From assembly GCA_964035545.1 (NCBI GenBank), contig OZ037772.1, positions 4,406,233 through 4,470,232 on the forward strand: a DNA stretch of 64,000 nucleotides, read 5' to 3'. Each line of letters begins with the position of its first letter. Position 1 is the stretch's first letter. Made by a program: the position numbers and the translations under genes. The notes under the pieces were generated by a model. The model saw only the letters and a program-made list of their open reading frames with translations, did no database searches and had not been told where the DNA came from. Below, one piece after another: positions 22,400-37,410 of this stretch. This DNA comes from Bugula neritina (lineage: Eukaryota; Animalia; Bryozoa).

Positions 22400-25300
22400 T
22401 ACAACCACATGGAGATAGCGATTTCCTACCCGGAAAGGTGGCGGGTAAAGCCATCACCTTTCTGCTAGACTCTGGCTGTACTACCAACCTTCTCAGTCGT
22501 AGGGTATTTGAGGAACTGCTCCGCCAAGAATGGGATAGAGTACGACCGTAGACGGGAGAACATGGCACCCTAGCAGAGGGGTCGTGTATCCTCTTTTACG
22601 GTATTATCGAGCTCCCTGGGCGTGTCCGAGACCAGGCTGTACAGGAGACCTTTGTCATAAGCCAGCTGGAGGAAGATGCTGTCCTCGGAATGCCCTTCTT
22701 GACACAGCATCAATGCCGCATAGACTTTAGTAAGTCGGCAGTGCTGATGGGCGGGCGAAAACTCACCTGCGTGGATAAGTCCGGGCATCCTCTAGTGGGC
22801 GGTGTCCAGGTAGTCCAAAACTGCACTGTACCGGGACGCTCTAGGGCCACTATCCACTGCCGAGTGAACAGGAACCGGATAGCTAGACTTGGGGTCTTTG
22901 AAGGCACGTACGAAAGGATTCAACTTGCCAGCAGTTTAAACCAACTGACTGAGTGAGGAGAAATCTTAGTGCATTGCGTCAACCCCTTCACCGAGTCTGT
23001 CAAGCTCCCAGCTGGGTCTATGCTGGGCCGGTTCCACTCTGTCCAGGAAGAGGACGTGGGTCCGTCGCTGGGAGATGCGACGGAGGCATCCCCTCGACGC
23101 CCTACCCAGGGGCGAGGGGCTGTCCCAAAACACATCCGAGAGCTATATGAAACAGCCTGTGGTGGCTGCGCGAGCAACGAGGTACGCCAGGTTATGGCGA
23201 AGTTACTAAGCGACTACGGTGATGTGTTCAGCAGCGGAGATCACGACGTGGGACTGACTGGAGCTGTCAGACACAAGATACCGCTGACTGCGAAGACAGT
23301 TCCTATTCGGCAACCCACGCGCAGGCTGGGGCTGGAGAAGGCGGTTAGCCGACAAGTCCGGGATCATCTGGACAAAAACCTCATTGAGCCAGCCTAAAGT
23401 GCGTGGAGCTCGCCGGTCGTATTGGTCCAGAAAAAAAGACGGAAGTCGGCGGTTCTGTGTAGATTACTGCAAGCTCAATAGCATAACCATACAGGACGCC
23501 TACCCTTTACCTCATATTGACGAGTCATTGGAAGCCCTAGCTGGCAGCAAGTACTTCAGTATGTTAGACTTGTTGAGCTGTTACTGGCAAGTTTCTCTCT
23601 GAGTCCCGACGCCCAGGAGAAGGCGGCGTTTATTACAAGGGACGGTTTATGGAAGTGGAAAGTGCTGCCCTTCGGGTTAACTTCCACTCCAGCCACCTTC
23701 CAGAGGCTGATGGAGCAAGTCCTCAGCGGGCTCCATTGGAAGACACTGCTGATCTACCTCGATGATGTCATCGTGATCTCCCCAGACTTTGAGACACGTG
23801 TCAGTCGTTTGCGGGAGGTTTTCGAGAGACTCCGAGGTGCTGGTCTGAAGCTCAAACCTTCCAAGTGCGCTCTATTGCAGCCGGAGGTCAAGTACCTGGA
23901 GCACGTTGTCGGTCGGAACGGCGTGGCAACGGATTCCGAAAAGGTACGGGCGATAGAAGACTGGGTCACCCCCCAAGATTTGACCGGGCTGCCGGCTTTC
24001 TTGGGGCTGGTAGGGTATTACAGACAATACATACCAGACTTTGCGGGCATAGCACAGCCGTTAAACCGGCTCACCGCAGAGGGAGTGACGTGGCAGTGGA
24101 CCCCGCCCAAACAAAGAGCATTCGACTGCCTCAAGGGTTGTCTACTGGCGGCACCCATTTTGGCCTACCCAGATCCTATTCTGGAGTGCATCCTTGACCA
24201 GAATGTTCGCGCTGTGCTGTCTCAAGTGCAGGAAGGCCGAGAGGTAGTAGTAGCCTACTACAGCAAATCTCTCTCACCCACTGAACGAAATTACTGCACT
24301 ACCCGCAAGGAGCTGCTGGCAGTAATCAAGTCAGTGAAGCACTTCATACCATACCTATACGGCAGGAAGTTTCGGCTGCGTACGGATCATGCCTCTCTGA
24401 TCTGGTTGTGCAAGAGAGCAGAGCTTTCCAGCCAAGTCGCCCAGTGGCTCGAAATCCTACCTGACCTCTCCTACCGGATCGAACGTCAGCCGGCCAAGAG
24501 ACACAGCAATGTGAATGGTTTGAGCCGCCGACCTGATTGGAGGCTACAAACAGTGTCTCAACATCGAGAGGCGGGATGAAGGTCTCCCGCGATGCGAATT
24601 GGAGACACTGGTTCACCACGGAGCACAGTTTGAGTGGGACCAGGGTCAGCTCAAGCCGAAGGTTGACGAGTCCCCGGAGGTTGTACAGAACTTCCGCGCC
24701 AACCCTGTTTTGGCCGGTAAAGTCCGGGAGCTGAAGAAGCTTCAGGAGGAGCTACCAGGGGTAGTGGCGGTCATATATCGGGGCAAAAAGAAAGGGCGAC
24801 GACCCAGCGAAGAACAACTTCGGCAGGGATGCGCCGAATTCCGGCTGTACTGCCAGCGTTGGGACTCGCTGAGGATCAGGCAGGATGGTCTGCTGACCAC
24901 TTCTCTAGCTGCCAACGGCAGACACCCAAAGAGGAAGAGGGTGGTCTGTCCTACTGCCATCCGCCGCGTGCTAATTTGGTGCGCAGGGGTCAAGAGAGTG
25001 ATCTCCAAATTAGGACTCCAGGCCTATTGGCCTCAAATAGAGCATGACGTCGGACTCAGAGTAAAACAGTGTGAGATCTGCCAGGCCAGTAAGCATGGCC
25101 GTCTCCCTGGTGAAGCGGGACGACAGAGGCTATATGCTGGAAGGCCTCGGCAAGTAGTAGCTGTAGACCTGGTCGGACCCATGCCTCCAACCCCCAGAGG
25201 CAATAGTTGGATCTTAGTATTGACCGACCACTTTACGGGGTGGGCGGATGCTCTGGCTATTCCAGATGCGTCAGCCCCAACAGTGGCCAGGGTGCTAGAC

Positions 25301-26590
25301 CAACATGTATTCTGTTACTTTGGGCTCCCCGAACAGATACACTCTGATCAAGGCGCTAAATTCCAGTCTCAACTGATGAGCGACCTCTGCCGCCTCTGGG
25401 GAGTAAATTAGAGCAGGACCACCCCCTATCACCCCAAGGTAACAGGGTGGTGGAGCGCAATAACAGGATGCTAAGTGATGCGCTCCGGAGTCTGCTCCTC
25501 GGACGCAGTCAAGAGGAATGGGACACGGTGTTGCCGCAAGTCATGCGCGCATACCGTAGCACTCCACACACAAGTACTGGTGAGACCCCAAACCTCTTGA
25601 TGCTTGGGAGAGAGGCTGGTGTCGCTGACCATCTTACCTGCCACGTTCCAGAGCAAGACAGCTCGGTCCATGAGTATGCTAGTGAACTAGTGGAACAGAT
25701 GAGGGTCGCACACGAAATGCTGCGGAAAAAGCAGTGGCAGGTGCGGCCCGAAGATTCCGAGGAACCACCCCTCTATCAGATTGGAGATTGGGTGTGGATG
25801 GTCAATCACCGTAGGCGTCACGGACAGGTGGCTAAGTTACAGCCCAAGTTCCTGGGACCATACGTGATAGTCGAAGCTATGCCCAACCATACCTACAAGA
25901 TCGAGCGCTCAGGACAGGTGTCCATCCAGAATGAGGATCGCTTGACCGTATTGGGCTAGCCCCAACGCAGTGGGAGAAGCCCACCCGTTGTTGGAGCCCA
26001 GGAGACAGACGACAACGCGCGGGCTACGGCGGCATGGACCTGAATATGAAGTGGTCATTCCGCGGGAAGAAGACTTGGTGAGAGATGAGCGACCGCTTTT
26101 GCCTACAGAAGCGCGTCCGCCACCGCCAAGTCTGATCCCATCACTTGCAGAGACCGAGCCGGTTCCGGAAGTGCAAGCCCCCACGGAGGGAAGGGCTCTA
26201 TCCGGAGAACAGGAAGAAGTGACCACTCACGGTGAAGTAGAGACGCCGCCAGAAGCCCCTACTAGTACACCGGCGAGTGCGCCACTCCCCCTAGAGCGGG
26301 GACAACGTACGAGGCAACCCCAATCATATTTGAAAGACTTCGTATGTGACTGCATTAGAAGCAGCGCGTATGAGAGTCTAGGGGAAAACCGTACGGAAAA
26401 ATGTAGGAGTTGCGAGCCCCACGCAAATATCAACTTTTGCGAGGGCGGAATAGTGGAAGGAATTAATGCGCGTAAAGCAAATAGTTCCAACCTCGTGCCA
26501 CAGCAACGATGCCCAGCTTTTTCTTACGCTGATATCACTAAGGGCAGACAAACCTCGCAACTACCTCCAACTATTACCAATGAACATTGA
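22400..26590 (+). pseudogene. E2 pol (protease, RT, RNase H, integrase, Pro-rich tail)
   Basis: LLDSGCTTN; LPFGL..YLDD; ELLAV..TDHASL; CEIC..VDL..HSDQG..VERNNR; PKFLGPY. Multiple stops and frameshifts. Confidence 0.95.
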
Positions 26591-26648
26591 GTATGGAAGC
26601 TAATATCAAGTTTACAGGTAAGCCAGTATAAGTCTTGTATTTCTATCC

Positions 26649-28316
<1,668 letters not shown>

Positions 28317-28618
28317 CACAATACTACTTTAAATCCTAATTAAACAACTTGGCTATATAATTACAGGTTATTAATTAAAGCTTGCGAATTTTTACAAAGC
28401 TAGACTTCAGAATAAGCAATTTTGGCTAGCTTTGCCGCTAGCCTACCGTGATACAGAGCAATCCAGTAAGTTGTGTATGGGGTAAATGTTGCAATTTGTT
28501 TTAAGTTTCATAAAAAGCTCTTTCAGTACCTCTTTTCACAAATTGATAATAATGATAATATTGCAAAATATTAGGATAGAGATCCGAACCGGACAACAAT
28601 GTATGCACAGGATAGTTG

Positions 28619-29260
28619 AGGGCATCCTCACTAAGAATATCATAAGTTTCTCTCAAAATGTAGTTCAGGTTCTTGAATAATATTGCCCTACGGGTGGCAT
28701 GCGTGTTGCCTACTTGTAATTGTTTAGCCCAAGATTAAACTACAACCAATAAGCAGCAACCTTCGTTAGGGCTGCGTAATCTATCAACATTCCATTATGG
28801 GTGCTACATAAACAAAGTACAAAGCGAGCTATTCATTAGAGCCTGCCAGCTAGCTAGCCTGTAATTATTATGTAGGCGCCAATATCTTCTCATCCCTACG
28901 TGCTCAGTGAAGCGTGAAGTGCTGCGCGCTGCTAGTTTCTTATGAGAAAATATGGCATTTTCAGTGTATAAATCACCAATTTATGAGCAATCTAGCAGAG
29001 TTATTGAAAAAAGAAAAAAACTTACACTGGAGAAATATCTCAGGATTCCAGCAGTGCAATTTTTATTCAGATATCATGCTTTGCTGCTGAGATATTTTAC
29101 TGGTACTGAAAAGTCAGCTTTTCAGGCAAAATTGGCCAAAATTAGGCAGTTTTTTGTCTATAACTTCGCAAAAAAAATGAAAATTGAAATTTCCAAAAAA
29201 CTTACACTGGAGAAAAAGAAGATCTACAACATAGTTTTTAAATTTTGACTCTAGCACACT
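28619..29260. mobile_element. Dispersed repeat, copy 2 (inverted relative to 3059-3677)
   Basis: Colinear reverse-complement similarity to 3059-3677. Confidence 0.65.
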
Positions 29261-32200
29261 TAGGTGAGATTTTATTTTACTGGTACTGAATTCTTATATG
29301 ATTACAATGCAAACCTCAGCAAGGCAGTTGCAGCTAAAAGGTTGCCCTTAACTATCCTGTGTGGTGCTACCATTAAAAATGTTTTTATACTTTTTATACT
29401 TTTAGCATATTTTAAAACTTTTTTATCTTGTAAGAGCAAAATATAACAGGTACCTAGAAATAAAAAGCAGTTTTAATCCTCTGTCTGTAAGCCAGAGTAT
29501 GGCAAGCAAAGCACCCTGGACTATTAATAGGTTACAAGTGTTATATGGTGGAAAATGAAGTTCTTCATTTTTAAAGCCTCGGCCCTAGAGTAAATAGAAC
29601 AGCCTACAGACTAGTAACTTTAGTTGTTAACTGACTTTAAGTAACAATTAGGTAACTGACTGAATGGATAGAACAAGCACTGCTACACTGCAGGAAAGCT
29701 TCAAGTGAAACTATTAGAGTCATTATAACAGTTGTTTATTTTAACAACTAAAATAATATATTAACTAAAGAAAATTTTTTTCGATATAAAATACAAAACT
29801 ATACAACTTTTCATGACTTATTCTGTACTTTATCGATGATTAGTTTTACAGAAAATGGCTTGCTCTATGTTTCCTTATTCAGTCACAGCTGCATGGTAAC
29901 AGTGAACAGTTTTACAAAATGCAATTTATCTTCATTAAAAGATTTCTTGCTGGTATGCAGCTTCAGCAAGTTAAAGAGATGTGTTCAAAGTTTACATTTG
30001 TTAAGTATAATATTGATTCTTGGGGAATTGCCATCAGAATTGCTTCAAACTTCATGTCCTATGTTATACTTATTGTAGTTGTCATTGCCCTTATGTAGCC
30101 CTTTGTGTATCTCTATAAAGTTGGAACCTGTTATTAACTCTATAATGAAAACCATTACCTCTAAAATTACTTAATTTATCAGCTGTTCGAGTTCTCCACA
30201 AACTTTTAGTAGTTAATTAAGTTGCTTAGCCTTGGCCCAGGCCAAGAAAGGCAATAGTCAATTAGTTGATTAGTTGCCATTAATTTCAAATCACAAACTT
30301 ACTTTAAGTGTTTATACACATAAAATATTCAAGCATTTAATGAGACATGGTGGGAAAAAACTTAAACTTCTCTTGCTGGGGCAGAAAATTTTATTTGTTA
30401 AGTTTCCTGTGTAATAGGTTAGCTACTTGATTATTACTACATGTCTTATATAGAGAGAAATATTAGTGCAGCGCTTGCACTAAAGTTGTTCAAAGAGCCT
30501 TTTATTGTCAGTATAGCCTGCACCCCACCTCTAATAGTTGTTAGACCTGCACTTATTTTGATGAAATTGAAAATTAATCCGATTAGTGTAAGCTGAAAAA
30601 TATTTTGTAGTAGCTCTGAAACCACTTAGTTGTTAAGTCAACGCTACTTTTCACAAGTATTACGTAATCATCATACCTAGGTCTGAATGAAGCTAAACAG
30701 TAGTTGATAGGAGCAGAAAGTGAGATCAATGCTACAACTACATATGTTCAAGCAAAATTTTATTTACATAAGAATTATGGAACAATCGGCAGTTGTTTAC
30801 CTAACAACATTATTCGTTCACATGTGCACTAATGATGATCACAAACCTTTATAGGAAGCTAGGATAGATTTGAACCCTACATTTGGGTCATTTCAATTGG
30901 TGCTTCCCAGTTAGATGCTATTTATACATTTTACGTGCAATTTATTTGAATACTATTGAAATATATGTGTATTTAAATAAATTTGAGTCAATTGCTTTTT
31001 ATAATTGGCACACAAATAAATTTCTTTGCTCTGCATAAACCTATTAATTTTGCATTTTCTATATCTTCTGTTTTTTGAAAAAATGTTATTATTAATGCAT
31101 TTAATGCTTTTTTTCAACACAAATTTGGAAAAATTTAAATATTTTTGCAAATATATCATATTGTTGGTTATTTTATGTTTAGCAATCGATATGAAAGTTA
31201 TATAAGGGTATATAGGTATATAATACTTAGTACCAAAACAAAAAATACAACCCAACTGGGGAGCATATAAGTGGATTGAAACTCCTTCAACTTACTAGCT
31301 GTTTATGATTTCGAAATTTTTTTGAAGCCAAGACATTTTCAAATAGCTTGTTACCAGACTACTATTAAACATTGCCCCACTCCGTTTATCAAAGACTAAA
31401 GTTGAATTTATCAACAAAAAATTTCAACTGCACATATCTCTTGCATGGGAAGTTTAGGCTTCACTAGTCAATTTCATTCATGGAAAGGAAAGCCAACTAA
31501 TTTAAAATGTGTGTAAAAGAGAGATCAGGGAGATGCACCATTAAACTCCAATGTACTCAGTTATCAGCAAATGTGTTTCAAACAAGAAGCTTAAAATTAA
31601 CAATGAAACAAGCTACTGAATAGTCAATTGTGGATCAGGTGAACCACTTCAAAAGCCTTGTGTAAACTTGTGTAAACTACCCGGTGGAACAAAAGAAGAT
31701 GTTGCATAACAGAGCTATAGTAAGGAAATATTTAAATTGTAATTCAAAGGCAAGAAACTGGCTTACCAAGCAGTGACAGAGCAAAGCAAAGGTTATTACA
31801 TAACAGCACATAGTTTTCATTCACGGCTTTTGACAGAAGAAATATTTTGCCAGCATAGTGAACACCAGAGGCTCAGACTAAGAGGTTGTGCTTTGAGATT
31901 CAGTGAATTTGTGCTTCCAAACAACCCCACAACATGGAAAACATTGAATCATTTCATCACATGGGTAAAGATTGCAGCTACCTCAGAGATAGAAGATGAT
32001 CACTTTCTTTCAGAGTTAGGAACTGAAGTTGTCATTGCAGCAAAAGGTAAGCCCAATCATTTGCTTAACGTTGTCATTTGATATCACAATGACAGTATGA
32101 GTATGACTATTGCTGTAGCCAGATAATTGAATTTGTGCAACCATAACTTTTAAGAGACCACATTGACTAATAATTCCCAAACTACTCTATTCCTATATCA

Positions 32201-33151
32201 ATTTGATATGAGTTTTCCTGTAGCAATCTATTTTCAAAAAATTTAGCGTTTTATTTCCACTTCACCTTCTAGCAATTTGTGCTAAATTCATTAATTTGAA
32301 TTCCCTCCCCCATTGTAAAAGTATTGTTAATAATGCAGTTTAGCAGCCTACAAGTAGTTATTAGCCTTAATCAGCTGCCAAGCTAGCTTCTTGTTTTATA
32401 GCTAAATACCAAAATGCCAATATTAGTGGTGAGTTGGCAAAGTTGGCAAAATTTTTCATTAACTTCCGTGCCACCAGTTTATTCTTTTATTTATCTTTGC
32501 ACAGCACAATTAAATATAAAAACATGTTTAAGTAGCAATATTTTTCTTGGTAGTACTTTATTTGTTTTTCAATTTATAGACATACTGAAACTTATCAATA
32601 TCTGTTATCTCGATATGAGAGGTCCATATAAAATGCTGACTCCAGCTTAAATTGTGATTCACTGACATTTTGAGATAAATTTAATGCAGAGAAGCTTCTA
32701 TTAACTAAACTAATTATGCCCAACAGCTCTTGCATTTGTAATTAAGAAAGAAGTAAAATAAAATGATGGCAAAAATTGTTACTAAATTTTGATAAGCTCA
32801 AACTAACCCAAACACTATGCAACATAATGATCATAAGTTTGCCAAAGCCTGTATGGTTATTCAGAATCAAACGATTGGTACGATGGTGCTGAAAATATGC
32901 TGAAAGATTCATAGCTAACATCATTGATACTATTAGTTTTGGCCTTAGACTTCAGCTTCTTCAAAGTTGAACTTAATTTATTTACGCTGCTTGTGATTGT
33001 ATATCTAACCAAATGTTTACTGTTCATACTAATACAGTTTAAATATTACCCAACTTTTATCTTTTGTTGTAGATCCCATAACATTGTTTAAGAACATGCA
33101 CTCAAAGATGCTGAATAGGAGCACAAAAAAGAATTTGACCGCTACAAAACT

Positions 33152-33440
33152 TTGAATCATGCTGAGACCTTCAGCCTGCAAACAGGCGCACTCACCACTA
33201 CATTACAAGCGTCACTGGGTGCTCTCGACACTACACCTTACCCACTTTTCAAGAACTCAGCTGCCTTTTTTATACTACTCCTTCAGGCTTCCCTGGCCAC
33301 TCAACTCCTCTTGGAGTACTACCACACTTTACTAACTGCTGGAATTAGTTATAAAACTCCCCCCTCCCGTACTTGGGTTACTATCACAGACCTCGGACTT
33401 GCACACAGGTGTGCTAACCATTACACACCACAACTGCTTG
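33152..33440 (-). mobile_element. Degenerate tandem tRNA-derived repeat carried inside the DNA transposon (also 36318-36610)
   Basis: Similar to 62760-63085: CACTGGGT..CACTACA..CAGGCT.CC.TGGCCAC.CAACTC..GTGTGCTAACCATTACAC. Confidence 0.6.
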
Positions 33441-33654
33441 GTTATCACTACACTACAGAGCAAGAATGTAATGACACACACTATGGTCTTAGCAGGTTCT
33501 GCTAATATTGAGAAAAGTTAACTGAGTTTACAGTCGTAGAAAAATTCTGCAAATGTTTATTTTCATGTTTTTTTTCTTATTTTAATCTTCAGAAGTTATT
33601 TTTTGTTGCATTTCTTATATTCAACTATCATATACAATAAAATCCACATTACTA

Positions 33655-36600
33655 CACAGAGAGAAATATTAGTGCAGCGCTTGCACTAAAGTTGTTCAAA
33701 GAGCCTTTTATTGTCGGTATAGCCTGCACCACACCTCTAATAGTTGTTAGACCTGCACTTATTTTGATGAAATTGAAAATTAATCCGATTAGTGTAAGCT
33801 GAAAAATATTTTGTAGTAGCTCTGAAACCACTTAGTTGTTAAGTCAACATTACTTTTCACAAGTATTACGTAATCATCATCCCTAGGTCTGAATCAAGCT
33901 AAACAGTAGTTGATAGGAGCAGAAAGTGAGATCAATGCTACAACTACATATGTTCAAGCAAAATTTTATTTACATAAGAATTATGGAACAATCGGCAGTT
34001 GTTTACCTAACATTATTCGTTCACATGTGCACTAATGATGATCACAAACCTTTATAGGAAGCTAGGATAGAGTTGAACGCTACATTTGGGTCATTTCAAT
34101 TGGTGCTTCCCAGTTAGATGCTATTTATACATTTTACGTGCAATTTATTTGAATACTATTGAAATATATGTGTATTTAAATAAATTTGCGTCAATTGCTT
34201 TTTATAATTGGCACACAAATAAATTTCTTTGCTCTGCATAAACCTATTAATTTTGCATTTTCTATATTTTTTGTTTTTTGAAAAAATGTTATTATTAATG
34301 CATTTAATGCTTTTTTTCAACACAAATTTGGAAAAATTTAAATATTATTGCAAATATATCATATTGTTGGTTATTTTATGTTTAGCAATTGATATGAAAG
34401 TTATATAAGGGTATATAGGTATATAATACTTAGTACCAAAACAAAAAATACAACCTAACTGGGGAGCATATAAGTGGAATGAAACTCCTTCAACCTACTA
34501 GCTGTTTATGATTTCGAAATTTTTTTGAAGCCAAGACATTTTCAAATAGCTTGTTACCAGACTACTATTAAACATTGCCCCACTCCGTTTATCAAAGACT
34601 TAAGTTGAATTTATCAACAAAAAATTTCAACTGCACATATCTCTTGCATGGGTAGTTTAGGCTTCACTAGTCAATTTAAAATGTGTGTAAAAGAGAGATC
34701 AGGGAGATGCACCATTAAACTCAAATGTACTCAGTTATCAGCAAATGTGTTTCAAACAAGAAGCTTAAAATTAACAATGAAACAAGCTACTGAATAGTCA
34801 ATTGTGGATCAGGTGAACCACTTCAAAAGCCTTGTGTAAACTTGTGTAAACTACCTGGTGGAACAAGAGAAGATGTTGCATAACAGAGCTATAGTATGGA
34901 AATATTTAAATTGTAATTCAAAGGCAAGAAACTGGCTTACCAAGCAGTGACAGAGCAAAGCAAAGGTTATTACATAACAGCACATAGTTTTCATTCACGG
35001 CTATTGACAGAAGAAATATTTTGCCGGCATAGTGAACACCAGAGGCTCAGAATAAAGGTTGTGCTTTGAGATTCAGCGAATTTGTGCTTCCAAACAACCC
35101 CACAACATGGAAAACATTGAATCATTTCATCACATGGGTAAAGATTGCAGCTACCTCTCAGAGATAGAAGATGATCACTTTCTTTCAGAGTTAGGAACTG
35201 AAGTTGTCATTGCAGCAAAAGGTAAGCCCAATCACTTGCTTAACGTTGTCATTTGATATCACAATGACAGTATGACTATTGCTGTAGACAGATAATTGAA
35301 TTTGTGCAACCATAACTTTTAAGAAACCACATTGACTGATATTTCCCAAACTACTCTATTCCTATATCAATTTGATACGAGTTTTCCTGTAACAATCTAT
35401 TTTCAAAAAACTTAGCGTTTTATTTCCACTTCACCTTCTAGCAATTTGTGCTAAATTCATTAATTTGAATTCCCTCCCCATTGTAAAAGTATTGTTAATA
35501 ATTCAGTTTAGCAGCCTACAAGTAGTTATTAGCCTTAATCAGCTGCCAAGCTAGCTTCTTGTTTTATAGCTAAGTACCAAAATGCCAATATTAGTGCAAA
35601 GTTGGCAAAATTTTTCATTAACTTCCGTGCCACCAGTTTATTCTTTTATTTATCTTTGCACAGCACAATTAAAAATAAATATAAAAACATGTTTAAGTAG
35701 CAATATTTTTTTTTGGTAGTACTTTATTTGTTTTTCAATTTATAGACATACTGAAACTTATCAATATTTGTTATCTCGATATAAGGGGTCCATATAAAAT
35801 GCTGACTCCAGCTTAAATTGTGATTCACTGACATTTTGAGATAATTTTAATGCAGAGAAGCTTCTATTAACTAAACTAATTATGCCCAACAGCTCTTGCA
35901 TTTGTAATTAAGAAAGAAGTAAAATAAAATGATGGCAAAAATTGTTAGTAAATTTTGATAAGCTCAAACTAACCCAAACACTACGCAACATAATGATCAT
36001 AAGTTTGCCAAAGCCTGTATGGTTATTCAGAATCAAACGATTGGTACGATGGTGCTGAAAATATGCTGAAAGATTCGTAGCTAACATCATTGATACTATT
36101 AGTTTTGGCCTTAGACTTCAGCTTCTTCAAAGTTGAACTTAATTTATTTACGCTGCTTGTGATTGTATATCTTAACCAAATGTTTACTGTTTATACTAAT
36201 ACAGTTTAAATATTACCCAACTTTTATCTTTTGTTGTAGATCCCATAACATTTTTAAGACCATGCACTCAAACATGCTGAATAGAAGCACAAAAAAGAAT
36301 TTGACCGCTACAAAACTTTGAATCATGCTGAGACCTTCAGCCTGCAAACAGGCGCACTCACCACTACATTACAAGCGTCACTGGGTGCTCTCGACACTAC
36401 ACCTCACCCACTTCTCAAGAACCCAGCTGCCTATTTTATACTACTTCTTCAGGCTTCCCTGGCCACTCAACTCCTCTTGGAGTACTACCACACTTTACTA
36501 ACCGCTGGAATTAGTTATAAAACTTCCCCCTCCCCCTCCCGTACTTGGGTTACTATCACGGACCCCGGACTTACACACAGGTGTGCTAACCATTACACAC

Positions 36601-37410
36601 CACAACTGCTTGGTTATCGCTACACTACAGAGCAAAAATGTAATGACACGCACTATGGTCTTAGCAGGTTCTGCTAATATTGAGAAAAGGTAACTGAATT
36701 TACAGTCGTAGAAAAATTCTGCAAATGTTTATTTTCATGTTTTTTTTTCTTATTTTAATCTTTAGAAGTTATTTTTTGTTGCATTTCTTGTATTCAACTA
36801 TCATATACAATAAAATCTACATTACTATACTCTCATACTGGTTAGAAGTTATGACAAGTTAGTTCAGAGTGATCAGTAATAATTTTTGCAGAAGCTTATT
36901 TCCAACGAAAATTAGAGCAGCATGGAACATTTATAAGTTCAGCTTTGAATATAACTTAGTTCAGCATTGAGCATATCTAAGATCATCATTGAACAGAAAT
37001 AAGATCATCATTAAACATATATAATATCACTATTGAGCATAAATAAGATCACCATTGAATATATATAAGCTCACCATTGAACATATATAATATCGCTATT
37101 GAACATAAATAAGATCACTATTGAACATATATAATATCACAATTGAGCATAAATAAGATCACCATTGAAAATATATAAGCTCACCATTGAACATATATAA
37201 GATCACCATTGAACATAATTTGGCTCATTGTGATAAATACAAAGAATCAACTTCACAACTCTTTATATCAACATTGATCTAACATACTATTCACTGTGAA
37301 CAGTACCTGACACTAATTTCTATTCACTGCTGGTCAATTTAGGGATCCAAAAAACGAGAGGTTTTAGTTGTCAGCTTATGTTCACTCTAACACTAATATT
37401 TCTCTCTGTG
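33655..37410. mobile_element. Inner copy B (3756 bp) with 20-bp TIRs and a TA target duplication
   Basis: TA|CACAGAGAGAAATATTAGTG...CACTAATATTTCTCTCTGTG|TA. The reconstructed empty site ATTACTATACTCTCA matches B's own sequence at 36821-36835. Confidence 0.93.
36960..37220. repeat. Subterminal ~21-bp tandem repeats (ATTGAACATAAATAAGATCAC-like); second array at ~37550-37740
   Basis: Direct reading. Subterminal arrays are typical of CACTA/EnSpm elements. Confidence 0.85.
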